A stretch of DNA of 63,997 bases, filler included, from Octopus bimaculoides (lineage: Eukaryota): assembly GCF_001194135.2 (NCBI RefSeq). It is 6 parts of 6 records of this genome, joined end to end, with 100 filler letters (N's around TTAATTAATTAA, not from the genome) between each part and the next. Parts side by side here need not be neighbours in the genome. Positions count along the whole stretch, not along the records: positions 54,068 to 63,997 come from NC_068982.1; 5 more parts are not named here. One strand, given 5' to 3'. Below the pieces are notes generated by a model. The model was not told the DNA's origin, made no database searches, and worked only from the letters and a program-made list of their open reading frames with translations. A program made the position numbers and the translations under genes. Below are positions 63,192 to 63,997 of the stretch, piece after piece; the stretch's first letter is position 1; the number at the start of each line of letters is the position of its first letter.

Positions 63192-63997
63192 AAGCGAGTT
63201 ACATAGATAGTGGGTTAGATAAATGGATAGCTAGTTACATGCATATATACATACATACATACTTTTATACGTATACGTACATACATACATATACATACAC
63301 ATACAGAAATGGAGATTTAGGTAGTACGATCCAAAAAGATTTTAGAAGTTAGTCATCATGTAGCATGTACATACCCTGTAGAGATGACGAAAAGGTGCAC
63401 AATATCCAGTAAAGTAAGTTTATTGATGAGCGTAGGTTATACAATTAGTCCCATTTCCAAATTGATGGTAAATTCTATATTTTTGATTGTCACAGTGCAC
63501 CTTTACAAAACATAAAAATAAAAACCAAAGGATGCAACGAATTGAAAAAGTAACTAATTTTTTCATATATTTCAACGATAAACTTTATGCCTTTCAACAC
63601 TTGTAAAACATGCAAAATCAGTTTAGCTAATCTTGTGGTCCCGTCACTTTCTGTTGTTTATATCGTCGTAAAAAAGCCGAGTGAATGATTCACTTAGCTA
63701 AGTGCCCAATGCGATTAATTCTTAGCAGGCAATTACTATTTGGCAGCGGTCAAATTAGTGATTCATTCACTGATCACCAGGCAACGATTTAAACAACTGA
63801 AGTTAATTAGACCTGAGGTGTAGCTAAACTGCTTTTCTATGTGGTACAAATTATATTTAGAGGTAAAGTTGACTTTTGAAACACACACACACACACACGC
63901 GCGCGCGCAAAAAAAACAAACAAAAAAACAACAACGCACACACACATATATTAATATCATGATAGGACTACATATGGCCGCAAGTAAAGAGGTCAAT

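Overview
AT-rich, microsatellite-dense animal genomic DNA with many N gaps. The SINE/RTE repeat set points to an octopod cephalopod, probably Octopus (inference; no database search run). Only one protein-coding gene is supportable: a five-coding-exon NSMCE2/MMS21 (SP-RING SUMO E3 ligase of Smc5/6) on the + strand, ATG 1710 to TGA 15557, 714 nt, 237 aa, with all splice phases consistent. The rest is interspersed repeats: three tRNA-headed SINE families, decayed RTE and CR1-group LINE pieces, a Penelope GIY-YIG remnant, and mariner and maT DNA-transposon remnants. Nearly all long ORFs in the supplied track are microsatellite or N-gap artefacts. The most unusual signal is a ~270-bp element at three loci (8603-8877, 14051-14516, 19741-19916). 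It joins a tRNA-like Pol III head to a minimal Penelope-type hammerhead ribozyme and occurs at each locus as an inverted pair. Two of the inverted copies share the same breakpoint, and one locus has a clean 15-bp target-site duplication. This looks like a ribozyme-bearing SINE mobilised by Penelope-like machinery.
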